Assembly (NCBI GenBank): GCA_964016885.1
Contig: OZ024741.1
Coordinates: 365,738,001 to 365,802,000, forward strand
Direction of reading: 5' to 3'
DNA from: Eledone cirrhosa
Taxonomy: Eukaryota
Length of the DNA: 64,000 nt
Of this stretch, positions 1-13,660 are shown in pieces; position 1 is the first letter of the stretch, and each line of letters starts with the position of its first letter. Position numbers and translations under genes: made by a program. The notes below the pieces were generated by a model. The model saw only the letters and a program-made list of their open reading frames with translations. It was not told the origin of the DNA and searched no databases.

Positions 1-235
1 CGTGTCTGTTGTTGTTGTTGTATCTGGGTATGTTGCTATTGTTGTTGTTCTTGATGTGTGTGTTGTTGTTATTGTTGTCTACGTGTGTGTTATCGTTGTT
101 GTGTGTGTTGTTATTGTTGTTTGTGTCTGCGTGTCTGTTGTTGTTGTATCTGGGTATGTTGCTATTGTTGTTGTTGTTGATGTGTGTGTTGTTGTTATTG
201 TTGTTTGTGTCTGTGTGTCTGTTGTTGTTGGGATG
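1..235. repeat. GTT-rich imperfect tandem repeat (~129-bp period) encoding an Asn/Thr/His-rich insert in the PLE ORF
   Basis: Block cgtgtctgttgttgttg..tatctgggtatgttgctattg occurs at 1 and ~130. Confidence 0.7.
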
Positions 236-1009
236 AGTGTTGTATATGTGTGTGCGTATATTGTTGCTTTTGTTTTTGATGCTGCAGCGTAGTTTAGTAA
301 ATGATTTTTCTATTTCTGACAGACAACTAATCATATTTACCTCCTTGAATGTCGCAAATTTGGGCGGCAGACATAACACAGACATTTCATTATTATCTAT
401 TTCCGAGTTTCCATAAATGTTGGTATTTTCGTTGTTGAACTCTTCTGATAATGAGGTGTCGGCCATGTTGATACCGTCAATTTTGTCGGGATATCTATTG
501 GTATACTCTATAGTATCCCGATTTAGCTTTGCCTGTTTAAGCCACTTTAGTTTCCTGTTGAAGTGCTTATCACATTCTTGAGTAATGTACTGTTCTTCGG
601 GGCGTATAAGGCTTATAAATATTAGTTTTTCTGTTGGTGTGGTGATTTTAGCTATTTCTTGTATTAGGTTACGCTTTTGTTTTTCTTGGTGACTTAATTC
701 TCTATAGATCTTCTTTTTTATGTTTAGAATTAAAGTTCGTTTTAGCCTATCTGCTTGTTTTTTGGTGAGTTGTAATCTTCTAACGTCGGTATTGATGGTG
801 TTGGTGTAGATTCTAGAAGTGGTGCACATTTTTATGAAGTGTAGTTGTCGAGATGTTATGGTTTTTCGTAGACAACAGAACATGGTGGTTTTCAGTATCT
901 TGTTAGCCTGGCTAAGGCTTACGATATTTCGTTTCTGAATTTGTTTAGCAAGATTCTTTATCTGAAATCGTGTGTTGAAACCGATATTGTTATACTTTGG
1001 GAGGGTCAT
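1..1009 (-). CDS. N-terminal part of a Penelope-like element ORF (MTLPKYNNIGFNTRF...EMSVLCLPPKFATF...EIEKSFTKLR), open for ~336 codons and running off the window start
   Basis: Manual translation from ATG at 1009 shows no stop to base 2; absent from the ORF track because it has no stop in the window. L.LxPKF-type motif typical of PLE N-termini. Lies directly downstream of the HHR-bearing pLTR. Confidence 0.75.
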   Translation of the reverse strand, partial: MTLPKYNNIGFNTRFQIKNLAKQIQKRNIVSLSQANKILKTTMFCCLRKTITSRQLHFIKMCTTSRIYTNTINTDVRRLQLTKKQADRLKRTLILNIKKKIYRELSHQEKQKRNLIQEIAKITTPTEKLIFISLIRPEEQYITQECDKHFNRKLKWLKQAKLNRDTIEYTNRYPDKIDGINMADTSLSEEFNNENTNIYGNSEIDNNEMSVLCLPPKFATFKEVNMISCLSEIEKSFTKLRCSIKNKSNNIRTHIYNTHPNNNRHTDTNNNNNNTHINNNNNSNIPRYNNNRHADTNNNNNTHNNDNTHVDNNNNNTHIKNNNNSNIPRYNNNNRH

Positions 1010-2262
1010 GTTGCCAATAAGAAACACACGCACCAGTTGCGTTCACTTCAATTTATTATAAATTTACAAATTTACAAACTTATAAATTTCTGGTTGGTTG
1101 TTTGGTTCCACAACCAGATAGTTGTTTATATATAGTCATAGTCCTTTCGTCACACACTCTTTGACTTCTTCAGTGACTGGGGATTCCTTTCTTTGTTTCT
1201 GTGCCTTTCCTTTCTTCAATCCTACGCCATTTTGTTTCTGTGTGTGTGTTGTGTGCTCAGTTTGCGCATGCGCCACATCCGGGTGTCTGTGTGTGTTTGT
1301 GTTCATTTATCTATTTGTTTATTTATCTATTTATTTATTGTTGGTTGGTTGTTTGTTCTATGTGTGTGTGTGTTTTCATTTTGTCCTGTGTGTGTTTTCA
1401 TTTTGTCCTTAATTGTAAGTTGTTTGTTCTATGTGTGCGTGTGTTTTCATTTTGTACTGTGTGTGTTTTCATTTTGTCCTTAATTGTAAGTTGTGATGTT
1501 GCTGTTCCACTCATATTTTCTATTTAATTTTGGTTTTAATTCTTTTATGCTTACTGCCTCTGTAATTTGCCTAAACATTGCGTCTTTTCTGTGTGTGGAT
1601 TCTATTTTTATTTCTATGTTCTCTAATCTACCCCTGTGTTCTATCTTAGCATGTTGGTAGAGCACAGATGATTCTTTATTATCTTGGAGGTCTCGCCAGT
1701 GTTCATTTATTCGTTCCCCTATACTACGAGCTGTCTCACCTATGTACACTATATTTTTGTTTCTACATTGTCCTTCAGTACATCTTATGCTATACACTAC
1801 ATTTCTAGTTTTACAGTTAATATGGGGGCTTATTTTACAGGTTATACATTTCTTATCTATACATGAGGGTCTTTGGAACGGGTATGTCTTGCTAATAAGT
1901 GTTTTTACGGAGGTACCTGGTCTTTCTACTATCTTAATATTGAGATTATGTTTATTTAGGGCCCTTCTAAATTTGTAGGCTAGTTCGCCTCTAGGGGTTG
2001 TGTTGATGAACATTACACTCTGGTATTTATTGCTATCATACCATGAGTTTATACCATGAGTTTATTCTATTGGCCTTGTTCCTAGTTCTTTCTATTCTAT
2101 TCCCAAATTTGCTCCTATACAAGGGGCAGGTCCCATTTATGTCATTATTTACCATATTTTCCCATTTGGTTCTGGCTCCTTTATACACTCTGATTCTATC
2201 TCTCTGATTGTAGCCAGAGAACTGCATACGGTGGATGAAGTGTTGTATGTGTCTCTCTAGTT
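985..2262 (-). mobile_element. 5'-truncated PLE (family A): RT C-terminus/thumb, Cys linker, GIY-YIG endonuclease, 3'UTR/pLTR; in tandem with the next copy's ORF
   Basis: ORFs 2036-2227 and 1480-2013 (CIDKKCITC...C, VVYSIRC, YIGETARSIGERINEH, RQITEAV, LNRKYEW). Frameshift from a 13-bp duplication (ataccatgagttt x2) at ~2038-2063. Confidence 0.88.
1134..1178 (-). ncRNA. Minimal type I hammerhead ribozyme motif (PLE family A)
   Basis: agtca CTGAAGA aGTCA..TGAC GAAA ggac TA tgact. Confidence 0.7.
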
Positions 2263-4160
2263 CTAATGATTCGGCGGAAGTTACAGATTTGGTTGGAATC
2301 TATATAGCTCACAGACTCCAGAGCGAATTTATTGACCTCCACGGTGGAATCTACCGTGATGATGCACTCCTATTAGTCAAAAATATGAACAAACAAAACC
2401 TAGAAAGGCGACGTAAAAACATTAGGAAACTTTTCTTAGAACTAGGACTTAGTATTACCTTCGAACACAATCTTAAAGTGGTCAATTTCTTGGATGTCAC
2501 CTTCAACCTTAATAACGGTAATATAAAGCCATTTCACAAACTTAATGAAAATCTCAAGTACGTTAATGTAAGATCGAACCACCCCCATTCCATTATTAAC
2601 TCTATCCCTAAAAATATATCCATAAGGATCTCCCGACTATCGTCTAATTTGCAGACCTTCAACGAGCATGCTGAGTATTATAACGACGCACTTAGCAAAG
2701 CTGGTTACTGCGAGAAAATAGAATATCTAGAAGATAACCACATAAATACTATGAATAAATCACATCTAAGTCGAACTAGTATTGCACCACACAGACACAT
2801 TAATAGGCATAATAATAGGTGCAAACCAACAAATAGAGTTAAACGTAGAGAGTACATATGGTATAACCCCGTGTACAATATTTCTATTAGCACTAAGATT
2901 ATGTCACAATTCTATACACTGATCAATAAACACTTTACAACTTCACATAAATACTATAAAATCTTAAACTCGCGCACCATTAGACTCTCATACTCTACTG
3001 CACCTAACATAGAACAGCTAATTAAAAAACTCAACTCAACAATACTAAATAAGTACATCCCTAATGACACAGCGCACCAGCATAGCGACATACAACGCAC
3101 TAACACGCAGCTACAACCCCGCCAAACTATCCAGGATACTACTGAAAAATATAAAAATAACTGAAACTGCACTAAACCAGGTTCGTGTCCATTGAATAAC
3201 CAATGCCTAGCACGCAATATTGTCTACCGATGTACAATAAATTCCGGAACCAACAAATGGTATTACGTCGGATGTACCGCAACATCTTTCAAAGCTCGCC
3301 TATACCAACATCGATCTTCGATCAAGCATGAGAAAATGCGCTCCGTAACAACCCTCGCCGACAAAGCCTGGCTGCTTCGGAAGAACAATCAAGCATTCTC
3401 CCTTGATTGGCAAATTATTGCAGTTGCGCCAGCAATAAAGCAAAATCACCGATTTTGTAAATTATGCAATATGGAGATATACTGCATTTTAACGTCGGAA
3501 AACAAACTTTGAACAGCAAAATTGAACGCTCACTTTACTGTAACCATCGTTTAAAAACGACTTTTTCTTTTTTTAAATGCATGTAATGTTATCTTTTTAC
3601 ACCACCATTTGCAAATTTTTATTTTTATTTTTATTTCATATTTTTATGTTTATACACACGATATGGCTTTTTATAATAATAGCACTAAACACTGTTTTTT
3701 AGACCCCTTTAGAAATATCCTGTTACTATAATAGCCCTAATAACTTGTTTGTAATTCTGTACTACATTGACCCCTTTAACTAAATTTTGCCCAAACAACA
3801 TCACTAGAAGAATTTACTTCCCCCGCCAACCCTAACACGCCTCATTTGGCTAACTGCTGCCAAAACATTTTCTTCTATACAATCTCTACTACTCTGACAG
3901 TCTTGAATTCTAAGACTCCCTCCCCCTTACTCACTTCCCTCTTCCTCTACCCTTCCTACCTCCTACTTTCTCTCGTATCTAGTGTATAAAATATTTTCCT
4001 GTCATTCTACCATAAAGGTCTGACGACATGGTGTGTTCTCTTACAGTGTACCTACGATTTATGATAATATTTTTATATTATACAAATAGCGAGGTATAGG
4101 TAACCCACACACTATAGAAACAATTGTTACCTAATATATTCTTTATACCCGCATTTCCGT
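2260..4160 (+). mobile_element. 5'-truncated PLE (family B, different clade): RT (YRDD), CNC..CPL..CL linker, GIY-YIG, 3'UTR with HHR, ending at (TA)n
   Basis: DSAEVTDLVG, GIYRDDAL, VNFLDVTFNL, YVNVRSNHP, IVYRC..YYVGCTATSFKARLYQH, CKLC. In-frame TGA at 3162 and a frameshift near 3505 (continues LNSKIERSLYCNHR to ~3585). Confidence 0.9.
4016..4132 (+). ncRNA. HHR motif with long stem-II insertion
   Basis: aggt CTGACGA ..tggtgtg...cacacta.. GAAA caattg(palindrome) TT acct. Confidence 0.55.
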
Positions 4161-4175
4161 TTCATGAACTTCTTC

Positions 4176-4319
<144 letters not shown>

Positions 4320-5077
4320 AATATAAATGAAAATAGAGAAATTAATGTGAGCAAGAAGCCAATAGTATTTCATAATATATAACGTCAAGATGGAAAATAT
4401 TTAACGTAAGATATGGGAAAATAATTCAAACTCAATTAAATAAAAGTCAAGACAGAAATTTTATCCGCAGATTTTGTGAAATCCAGGGAAAAAACCAATA
4501 GAGTCTTAACTCAGAATAAAATTAAGGTTAAATACTTATCCTTCAATTTTGAAAATATATATATACTTAATTCGTTTTGTGATATTTTGCAATTTTGCAA
4601 TAATATACACATACTGAATTCATCCGCTAAAAATAAGGGTTGCCTCCCTTTTCGAGCCCCACGTGGGTATTGGTAACGGTCAATCCTTGGGCTGGCACTT
4701 GACTTAAAAGCCTGTTGAGAAAGTGACTTCCTTGTTCAATCATCTTACCAGAAGCCTAATATTATTTGTCTAAGCGGCCATTACTTGATTTAGGAGTCGC
4801 AGAAACCCAAAAGCTGGATTTTTACCAACCATCCAGGGGTACGGGTAAATTTTTCAATCATATTTTTTTTATTTGTTTGACCCGAATTACTTGGTCGTTT
4901 CTATGGCTGTGAGGATAATGGTTTTACCATCGTCTCAGTGTGTTTGGTCTTTTAACGTATGTTGTAGCTCTGGTTCGTTAGAATTATTGAGCGCTTGCCA
5001 CACATCTCGGAAGTTGTTTTTCGCTAATTTCCAAAGCCCAAATACGATTCTCGCTAATTTATATTTATATATATATA

Positions 5078-5212
5078 GGAAATAGCCGTCGAAACGGCTT
5101 GTGCTCTGCCGTCGGGGTTAAACTTTTTCCTATTACCCACTCTGCTACCCTAAGTATTGAGTACTCTGGTGCGTTATGGTCCATCTGGTTCCTTATCACA
5201 CTTCATTCGTTA
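5078..5212 (+). mobile_element. Short PLE-type pLTR/tail repeat family (other copies ~8225-8368, ~17562-17715, ~41377-41520, ~57265-57352), bounded by (TA)n
   Basis: Shared cctattacccactct(g/a)ctaccctaagtattgagtactctggtgcgttatggtcca..ggttcctt; local inversions; GAAAcggc HHR 3' half. Confidence 0.65.
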
Positions 5213-7342
5213 TATATAAATATATGTGTGTGTATGTGTGTGTGTGTGCTTGTGTGTGCGTGTGCGTAGTGTGTGTATATGTTTCTCTCTCTCTCTCTCC
5301 GTGCTGAAATAAGAAAATGTATACAAGATATTCCTATATTCGCTTCAATAAGAAAGCAATAGTTAAAATTCTGTATTTGGAACCTTTATATCGAATGAAA
5401 GAAAATATCTGAAAACGAAAGAGGGTAGAAGCCATATTTTTCAGCAATCAATTCATTCTAGAAAAGTCTGTTACAATGAAGGGAACATTTAACATTGCGA
5501 GTCGAACTGACCTAAACATACTCGAGCCACTAGAATTAAGACTGTAGTGTTATAAACTGACACATGTCGCTGGTAAAATACACGTGGATGGTCTATGCAG
5601 GAGAGACAGTCGGAATGGGTATGACTGGAATGTTATTGGTATTGTTGATGATAGATTTGTTCACTCCAGGTTTAGTTGGTAAAAACAATAACAGCAGTTA
5701 CGTCTCTTTACTGACTGACTTCAAATCCGAGGTTAACTTTGCCTTTCATCCTTACGGGATCAATAAAATAAAGAACCAGTAATGCACTGGAGTAATTGCT
5801 GGCTTTGTGCCAAAAGTAAAAACAATTATTTCATATCGTTCAATATTGATATTTTGATTCATTACAACTATGCCATTTTATTTCATGTTTTAAAATGCAA
5901 AAGAAAATATAACATACAGCTCAAACCAATTTAGATTTAACTTGCCTCTTACGAATTTCGCCTTTAAATGTTTTTAGCTTTGCAGGAATTGTGGTGCTGG
6001 ATAAAAAATATTCAAATTATAAGTGTACTGTCAAAGTCTCAAAGCTTTGTAAGACACATTCTGTATTTGAACTCCTGCGGAACAGGCATGTGTGAAATCT
6101 TTAAACAATATTTTGTTTATGATCTTTAGTCATATATAGGTATGAATATAGTGGGGTGTCTGTCACCTGTCTTGCTGTTTTCCGTGGTTGATGAATGTGG
6201 AACGTATGCTACCAGAGATAGGTAACATAAAACAAGCGGTACCCAGGTCAGTAGACTGACGAAAATGCTATAGAATCGGTAAAGTTTAGAGGGGTAATAT
6301 GTGGTTCTGCGATGTGTAATCGCGTAAAATGTAGAGACAAAATATACTGTTAGGCGGTGATGGATTAGTAGAGGTTATGTTTGGAGATGAAAAGGAGATC
6401 AAAGGTATGTGAAGTGGCTATGTGCCGGGCTGCTCAAGGATATGTGTGTGGAAGAAAATTAATAGAAGATTGTGATTTCTACATCGCTTTCTACATGGGT
6501 GGCATCACTATGGTAGGAGTCATGAAGAGTTATAAGCGAGGAAAAGTTATAAGCAATGTAATCATTATAACCAGTGTCAACAAATATGGATGACGACAGA
6601 TAGTTGCTTTTCATCAAGCATCAGACTCTTCGATGTCACTCTCATCTTCAGAAACTCAGCATACCAGTGATTTTCTCCGAGACAAACGTTTAACCAAAGA
6701 CATTAATTTACACCAACTGCTCAATAAAATATAACATGCCATATTCTAAGCTCTAAAATACATTGAACATCCTCATCCTACAAAAGTTCGCCTTGTGCTC
6801 AGACCTAAAAAATCAATAATTGTAGAAGACATTTCTATAAATATAACCCAATCTTTCACTGAAGAAATCTTTTGGTTTTAACACGTATTATTTGTTCTAT
6901 TAGACAACAATAGGACCTATAATACATCATAGTGCTTTTGAAATATGACATGAAGTTCCCCCCCCCCCCCCCTTACGCTTTCACCTTCTTTCCTTTGATT
7001 GTATAATTATCTCTCAATTTCCTTCCCCACATCGTCTTCCTGGCGTATATAAGACTATATTAGTATCTATCTCCGCCTGCTGTTATAAACTCCTGTGTAG
7101 AGATAAGATATGATTTATTTGATAGGTTCGGTTAATTATTTTAACTTCATGATTAATTTTTCTACTTCTTATAAAATTAATTAATTTTCTCAGTGTGAAC
7201 ATTATTTTCTCTTCTTTTTGTATTTCATTTATATGTACAAACACGTGCACCAGACACATACAATTAATACATACACATATAATCATCAGGTTATACATAC
7301 ATTACTTTATAAACATATTTTGTCTTAGGTCATATTGTACTG

Positions 7343-7620
7343 TGGAGGCACGTGGCCTATTGGTAAGGTTGTTGGGCTTATGATCATAATGTCGTGGGTT
7401 CAATTCCTGGGTTGCGTGTTGTATTCTTGAGCAAAACACTTCATTTCACGTTGCTCCAGTATATTCAGCTGAAAATGAGTAGCAGCTGTAGCTGGGGGTT
7501 TAACCCTGCGTTGGACTGGCGTCCTGTCCAGGGTGAGAATCTTGTACTCTGAGTCGCTTCACGCCATGAAACCGGGATAAGCACCGGCCAAATGAGCCTT
7601 CTGGCTTAAGACAGACTTTA
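7343..7620 (+). mobile_element. tRNA-derived SINE (CORE/Meta-type body); related minus-strand relic at ~26670-26800
   Basis: A box TGGCCTATTGG, B box GGTTCAATTCC, then cttgagcaaaacact..cacgttgctccagt core-like segment. Confidence 0.7.
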
Positions 7621-7960
7621 GACATATTGTACTATATATATGTTTATCCAGGGTTCAATTGGGGGGAACCGCAGTAAGTAAGGTACTCAATACCTAGCAG
7701 ACTATACATTTTTAATATAGAAATGGCTTCTACAGGATTAGAACTGTTTCATTCAAAGGATATCATCAGGAAAACCGACAGTCAATGTGATATGGTGGGA
7801 TTTATACATTTTCTAGTGTCAAGGGAAGATGATGATTGAGGAGGTCATTGGCTGAGGGATTTAAAAAAGCGGATTCTTTGAAAAAACTATATTTAGAGAA
7901 AAGCTAGAAACCATTATTATTATCATTACAAAACTATTAATTATAATAGTTACTATTATA

Positions 7961-8165
7961 GGGTGGTGGATTGGCAGTATCGGTAGTGTGTCAGACAATA
8001 TGGTGTTCGGCATATAGTTACGTCCATTTCCAAATCCTGCCGACGTTATCTTTGCCTTTCATCCTTCGACAAAATATAGTACGAGTAACGCACTGGGATC
8101 CATTTTATCGACGTTACCCTTTCACTCAAATTGCTGGCCTTGTGCCTAAATCCGAAACCATTATT
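7961..8165 (+). mobile_element. Octopus-type tRNA-derived SINE
   Basis: ggattggcagtatcggtag...caaatcc.gccga.gt..tttgcctttcatcc...gctggccttgtgcc; many copies in the window. Confidence 0.65.
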
Positions 8166-9162
8166 ATTATCATTGGTAATAGTAGTATTTTAATATACAT
8201 ACATATATATATATATTAATATATATAGGAAAAGAGTCAGGACCCCGACGGCTGAGCTCCGGCCGTTTCGACAGGACTCTATTCCTATTACCCACTCTAC
8301 TACCCTAAGCATCAAGCACTCTGGTTCATTATGGTCCACCTGGTTCCTTACCACACTTCCTTCGTTATATATATATATATATATATGGTGCGGGGTGTAT
8401 GTGTGCACACAAAGATGAGCTAAATTATCCTGTTGCTCGTAAGATATGGAAAATATCGATCTAGAATCTCAAGATATTTTGTAACATCTAATGATAACGC
8501 AAGTACTTGTGTGTTATTAAGAAAAATACTGCTAATTATATTTAAAGGAACATTATTCATTGTTAACAATTAGCTGCAGAAAAAAATAACCGTATAATAG
8601 AAAAACAGAATTATGATTATGGAACGTTATTAACAACACACGTGAAATGTCGACATATATTAGTTCAATTTCTGCTATTTGGATGAAGTAGAAGCATTAA
8701 AAGGAGTTTATAAATTTAATGAAGTCTTAATCTTTTATTATATATGCATGAGTGCCTCAAAATTATATTGCTCACTATAGGAAGCTGAAAGAAAGACATT
8801 CATATACTTTCGACAGAGCTTTGGAACTGTGAGGTAAATCTTATATTATAAATTTAGATTGAAAGAAAAATAACGAATCCCTTTAATCACAATCTATAGA
8901 GAAATTTAATTTACGGTTCACTATTTCCATATATCCTGAATATAATGTTTCAATTGAATACACACACACTTACACATAACTACCCTCTCTTTGTTATACT
9001 CTTTCGACTTCTCTCCTATTGCTCTTGTTTCTTTTACTCTCACACGCGTTTCCGTCTACTTCGTTCCAACATAATATCTCTCAGTGACTCATATGCTGTC
9101 CTTCATGACCTACCCGTGATACAGGTTCTTTAAACACCCTCTCCTTCCACAAAGAGAGTGTG

Positions 9163-9453
<291 letters not shown>

Positions 9454-9473
9454 TGTATACATCACCAATACTA

Positions 9474-9590
<117 letters not shown>

Positions 9591-9892
9591 TATGTGTGTA
9601 TGTATGTTATCCTGTTTATGTGTCTGTCTCGGTCGTAAAGAACCTTTTCTGTTTTAACTTTAATGTTTATTTTCATTTGTTGCCTTATCTTATTGTAAAG
9701 ATTAATTTATTTACTTGCCAGTCAAACACCTTTTGGTTCGTTCACCCATTTCCTTTTCTGTTTCTCTGAAAATATTCAGGATGTCTACTGTGTAGTTCTG
9801 CACTGTCATATATATCTCTCCTCAAGTGGATTGAAACTGTTTTCTCCAATCTTCTCACTTCCTGGATAAGACGCTTGATACTATGAATAATA

Positions 9893-10050
9893 GTTTCTAC
9901 TTTTAGCACAAGGCCAGCAATTACTGGTACTTTAATTTATCCACCCCGAAAGGATGAAAGGCAAAGTTAACCTCGGCGGGATTTGAACGTTGACCCTAAA
10001 GGGACATAACTCTATGCCGCTAAGCATGACGTCCGACCCTCTTCCTATAC
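9893..10050 (-). mobile_element. Octopus-type SINE
   Basis: Reverse complement of the 28817-29191 family. Confidence 0.7.
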
Positions 10051-11127
10051 TGACAATCCACTGCCCTTGATACTATAAATAATGGAGTTCATATTACACA
10101 GTGTCCATCCCAGTTTTAATGCTGATAGGAATTGATGATGCTTCAGTTGTTCAATGTCGTATTCGTTGACATTTCTTTTCTTTCGTTGATACACTCGTAT
10201 ATGAGTATCCACGTGTGTGTACGTAGGCGTAGGCATGCGCGAGTGTGTTATGCCCATTAATATAGGGATCCCATGTATTTACACACTAATTATACCTCTG
10301 CACAGGATGTAAACATCTTGCGAAAATACTTCGCAGCATTTACTCTGACTCGCTTTCATTTTGTGTTCCTAACCTTCTTGACGTCTGTATTGGCCTACAT
10401 CCTTCGAAAGACGTCGAATGGCGATTGACTTGCATGCATAATCCCTTGCCGTTCTGCATCCCTCTCACATAAGGAGCGTCACTTCTTGTATTTGGTTGTA
10501 TATGTAGGCATATGTATGTATACAAGGTTGACTGAGCTTACAAATGTCCGTGTGAATACAGACACATACGCACTTGTTGTTCTACAACCCACACGTAATA
10601 GGTCATCTCGTGCATTCGCAAACACTGTCATATATAGATAACAATACATAAAAAAATAGACCTAAAATCTGGGCCTTTAATTGGTCTGACGCATATCCCG
10701 ATTATCCCCACAGCTATGCAGAAGCAAATACATACATACGCACACACTAAGACACATACACACACGCAAACACACGCAAACACACACATACACACACACA
10801 AAACATACACACACCGTATTTATTTCTGCCTTTTTGAAACTTACCTTCTCTTCAGTAATTCTCCAACACACAGGCCTCGTTCTGAAATGCTCACTTTCCA
10901 AAATGGCAGAATTAACTACAACATGCCCTTTACCCATGCCTCACATTTTCTCGTTTTCTTACTTTCCTTATTTTAACCTGTTTTTATATTATTTCTCCTA
11001 TATTCAAGCATTCTCATTTCTTTCTCTTGTAGAACTAACGTCTAAAAGGGCTCTTTTTCTAATATATCATGTGAAAAAATTAATATCGTTCTCCTGGGTA
11101 TTTATTCTTTGTTTTCAGAGATTTCCT

Positions 11128-11895
11128 ATATACACGAGGGAAGTCAAACATTATACGCATTCTTGTTTCTGTAATTTATTAGAACGAAAAAAGAGGATGA
11201 AAAAATTACATGATTTTTCGACATAGTCTCCTTGCTTTTCGATGCACTTTTTTTAGCAGACCACAAGATTGTCTATTCCATCAGAGAAAATTTTTCGACT
11301 GGCCGTGCAGCCATTTCAGAACACCTTCCCCACATCCCTCTTCGTCCGAAGCAAATCGACGACCTCATAAAGGACGTTTGATTGGTCCCACGAGGAAATA
11401 GTCGGAAGGGGTGAGATCTGGACTGTATGCAGTGCATTCAAATAACTCGAAACCATTTTTCAATAGTATCATCGGTGTAGGCCTGTATTGTTGTGCAACA
11501 ATAACACTTGCTTTGACAACAGACCTGGACGTTTGCTGCAAATTGCTGCTTTAATTTTGTTGGCCAGCATCTTACTGTAGCCTACACTGGTGACTGTAGA
11601 ACTCCTTTACAGGTACTATTCAAATACGACCCTTAGCGTGACAGAAAAAGAAAACGATTAGCATCACTTTTCTGCCATTGGCTGAGCCTTGAATTTACTT
11701 TTAGCTGGCGATCCCAATTGTTTCCAAACCATAATCTGTCTTTTGGATTCCAATTCAAAGCGTTGGGCCCAGGTCACATCTCCTATGGTTATTCTCTCCA
11801 AAAACGCTTAGCCTTCATCGTTGTAGCTATCAAGTAAGAGTTGACAGAGTCCAAAATGATTGCACTTATGCGATTAGGCAAGTTATCTTGGCCCC
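11128..11895 (-). mobile_element. Degenerate mariner transposase fragment with probable TIR at the left end
   Basis: Minus-strand peptides FLERITIGDVTW..ESKRQIMVWKQLGSP..KFKAQP.AEKVML, LLLHNN, AYSPDLTPSDYFL..GRRFASDEE; end sequence ta-cacgagggaagtcaaa. Confidence 0.8.
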
Positions 11896-12317
11896 TTTCT
11901 AAAACCGTAATTTTTTAGAAATATGAAATTTCTGTACATATTGTATAAAGATATGCTTGAAGCGAAATCTTATTTCTTTGAGCCAGCTTATGCAACTTCA
12001 TATGCAATAGAGATTAATCATCTCATTTACACAGACGCGAAAACTATATATTGTCGACTGTTTTCAAGTCCAGCAGTAGCAAGCGATGGGAGGAACCGTC
12101 CTGACAAAGGCCAGTCAATCCACCAGGGGCCGTTAGCCCCCCCCCCCCCCCCCCGTGTTTGCTGCCTAAAACGGTATTTCTTTAGAAATACGAAATTTCT
12201 ATACATATATTGTATAAAGGTATGCTTGAAGCGAAATCTTATTTCTCTCCTATATATATATATATAGTGAAATCAGACAACAAGGACGATTGGTTACTCC
12301 TTCATTACGTTTATTGG

Positions 12318-12403
12318 TTGGTGACGCGCGTTTCGCCACTGATGAGCTCAAGGTTCGATCTGTATCGATCTGACCTGACTCTGTACCCGCGGCTCGTCAG
12401 ACC
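12318..12403 (-). ncRNA. HHR motif in a (TA)n-bounded pLTR-like repeat (family also at ~26575-26660, 37540-37625, ~56070-56140)
   Basis: ggt CTGACGA GCCGC...GTGGC GAAA cgcgcg TC acc; complete core. Confidence 0.7.
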
Positions 12404-12864
12404 CCTCGTTCAGATATTAGATACGACGAATAAACATCACTTACAGTTGTGCAGGCTGTGATAGCTCATGGGAGAACTGGTTTCATAAGTAATATCGTGG
12501 GTAAGGGTTATAATTAATAGTTATTATCTCTGATGATGATGATGCTGATGATGGTGATGATGATGCTGATGGTGATGGTGATGATGATGATATATATATA
12601 TAAAGATACATACTCACCCACACATATATATATGTATATATAACATTGTTATTTTATTTTAGTAGGAATAAGTATGAAGAAAAAATAATATTGCGGTTAC
12701 AAGAAATAAATATATATTGACAATGTATAATGATAAATAACAAGGAAGGAAAACAACTATCTAGGTCTTCAAGATTATTGGATGTTTGCTGAACAACCAT
12801 AACTGACTTTATATTACTTTCATTCGAAATAGATTAGATATATATGTGCTTGCATGTAACACAA

Positions 12865-13019
<155 letters not shown>

Positions 13020-13580
13020 TCATACGTTTGTATACATGTATATTACATGTGTGTGCCTTGCGTTTGCGTTTGTGATAATAATTTCTTTATGTTTGAGTGT
13101 ATTTCTATGCATATACCCATGTATGTGTCTATATGTGTATCTGTATCTCTGTGTCTATGTTTCTATTTACATGCGTCTCTTCTGAGATTCTTTCTGATTT
13201 TTCCCCTTCTATAATATATAGTTCTGATAGAAAATTGGGTAAGAATGTTGAAAGTCACACAGAGAAATGTGCTGCAGAATATCTTCTGAAAATGTTAGGT
13301 TAGAGAGAAACATAATAGATAGACATCTATTATGCATAATATAGTAGGTAATGTTTTCTTTTTTCTTTCCTTTTATCATAGATAAACTTAAACCGGATTT
13401 ACTAATGAAACATCATAAAACGAAACTAATAACATTGTATGTAATAGAGATGGCTGCAAAACAGTGTAGATGTATAAATCCACCACATAACTAACAAAAC
13501 TGATATCGTTTGTAGCATATTTTATAGTACAGTAAATATAAGGCATCTTTGAAGGATCTTTCAATATATGAAAGCTTCTT

Positions 13581-13660
<80 letters not shown>

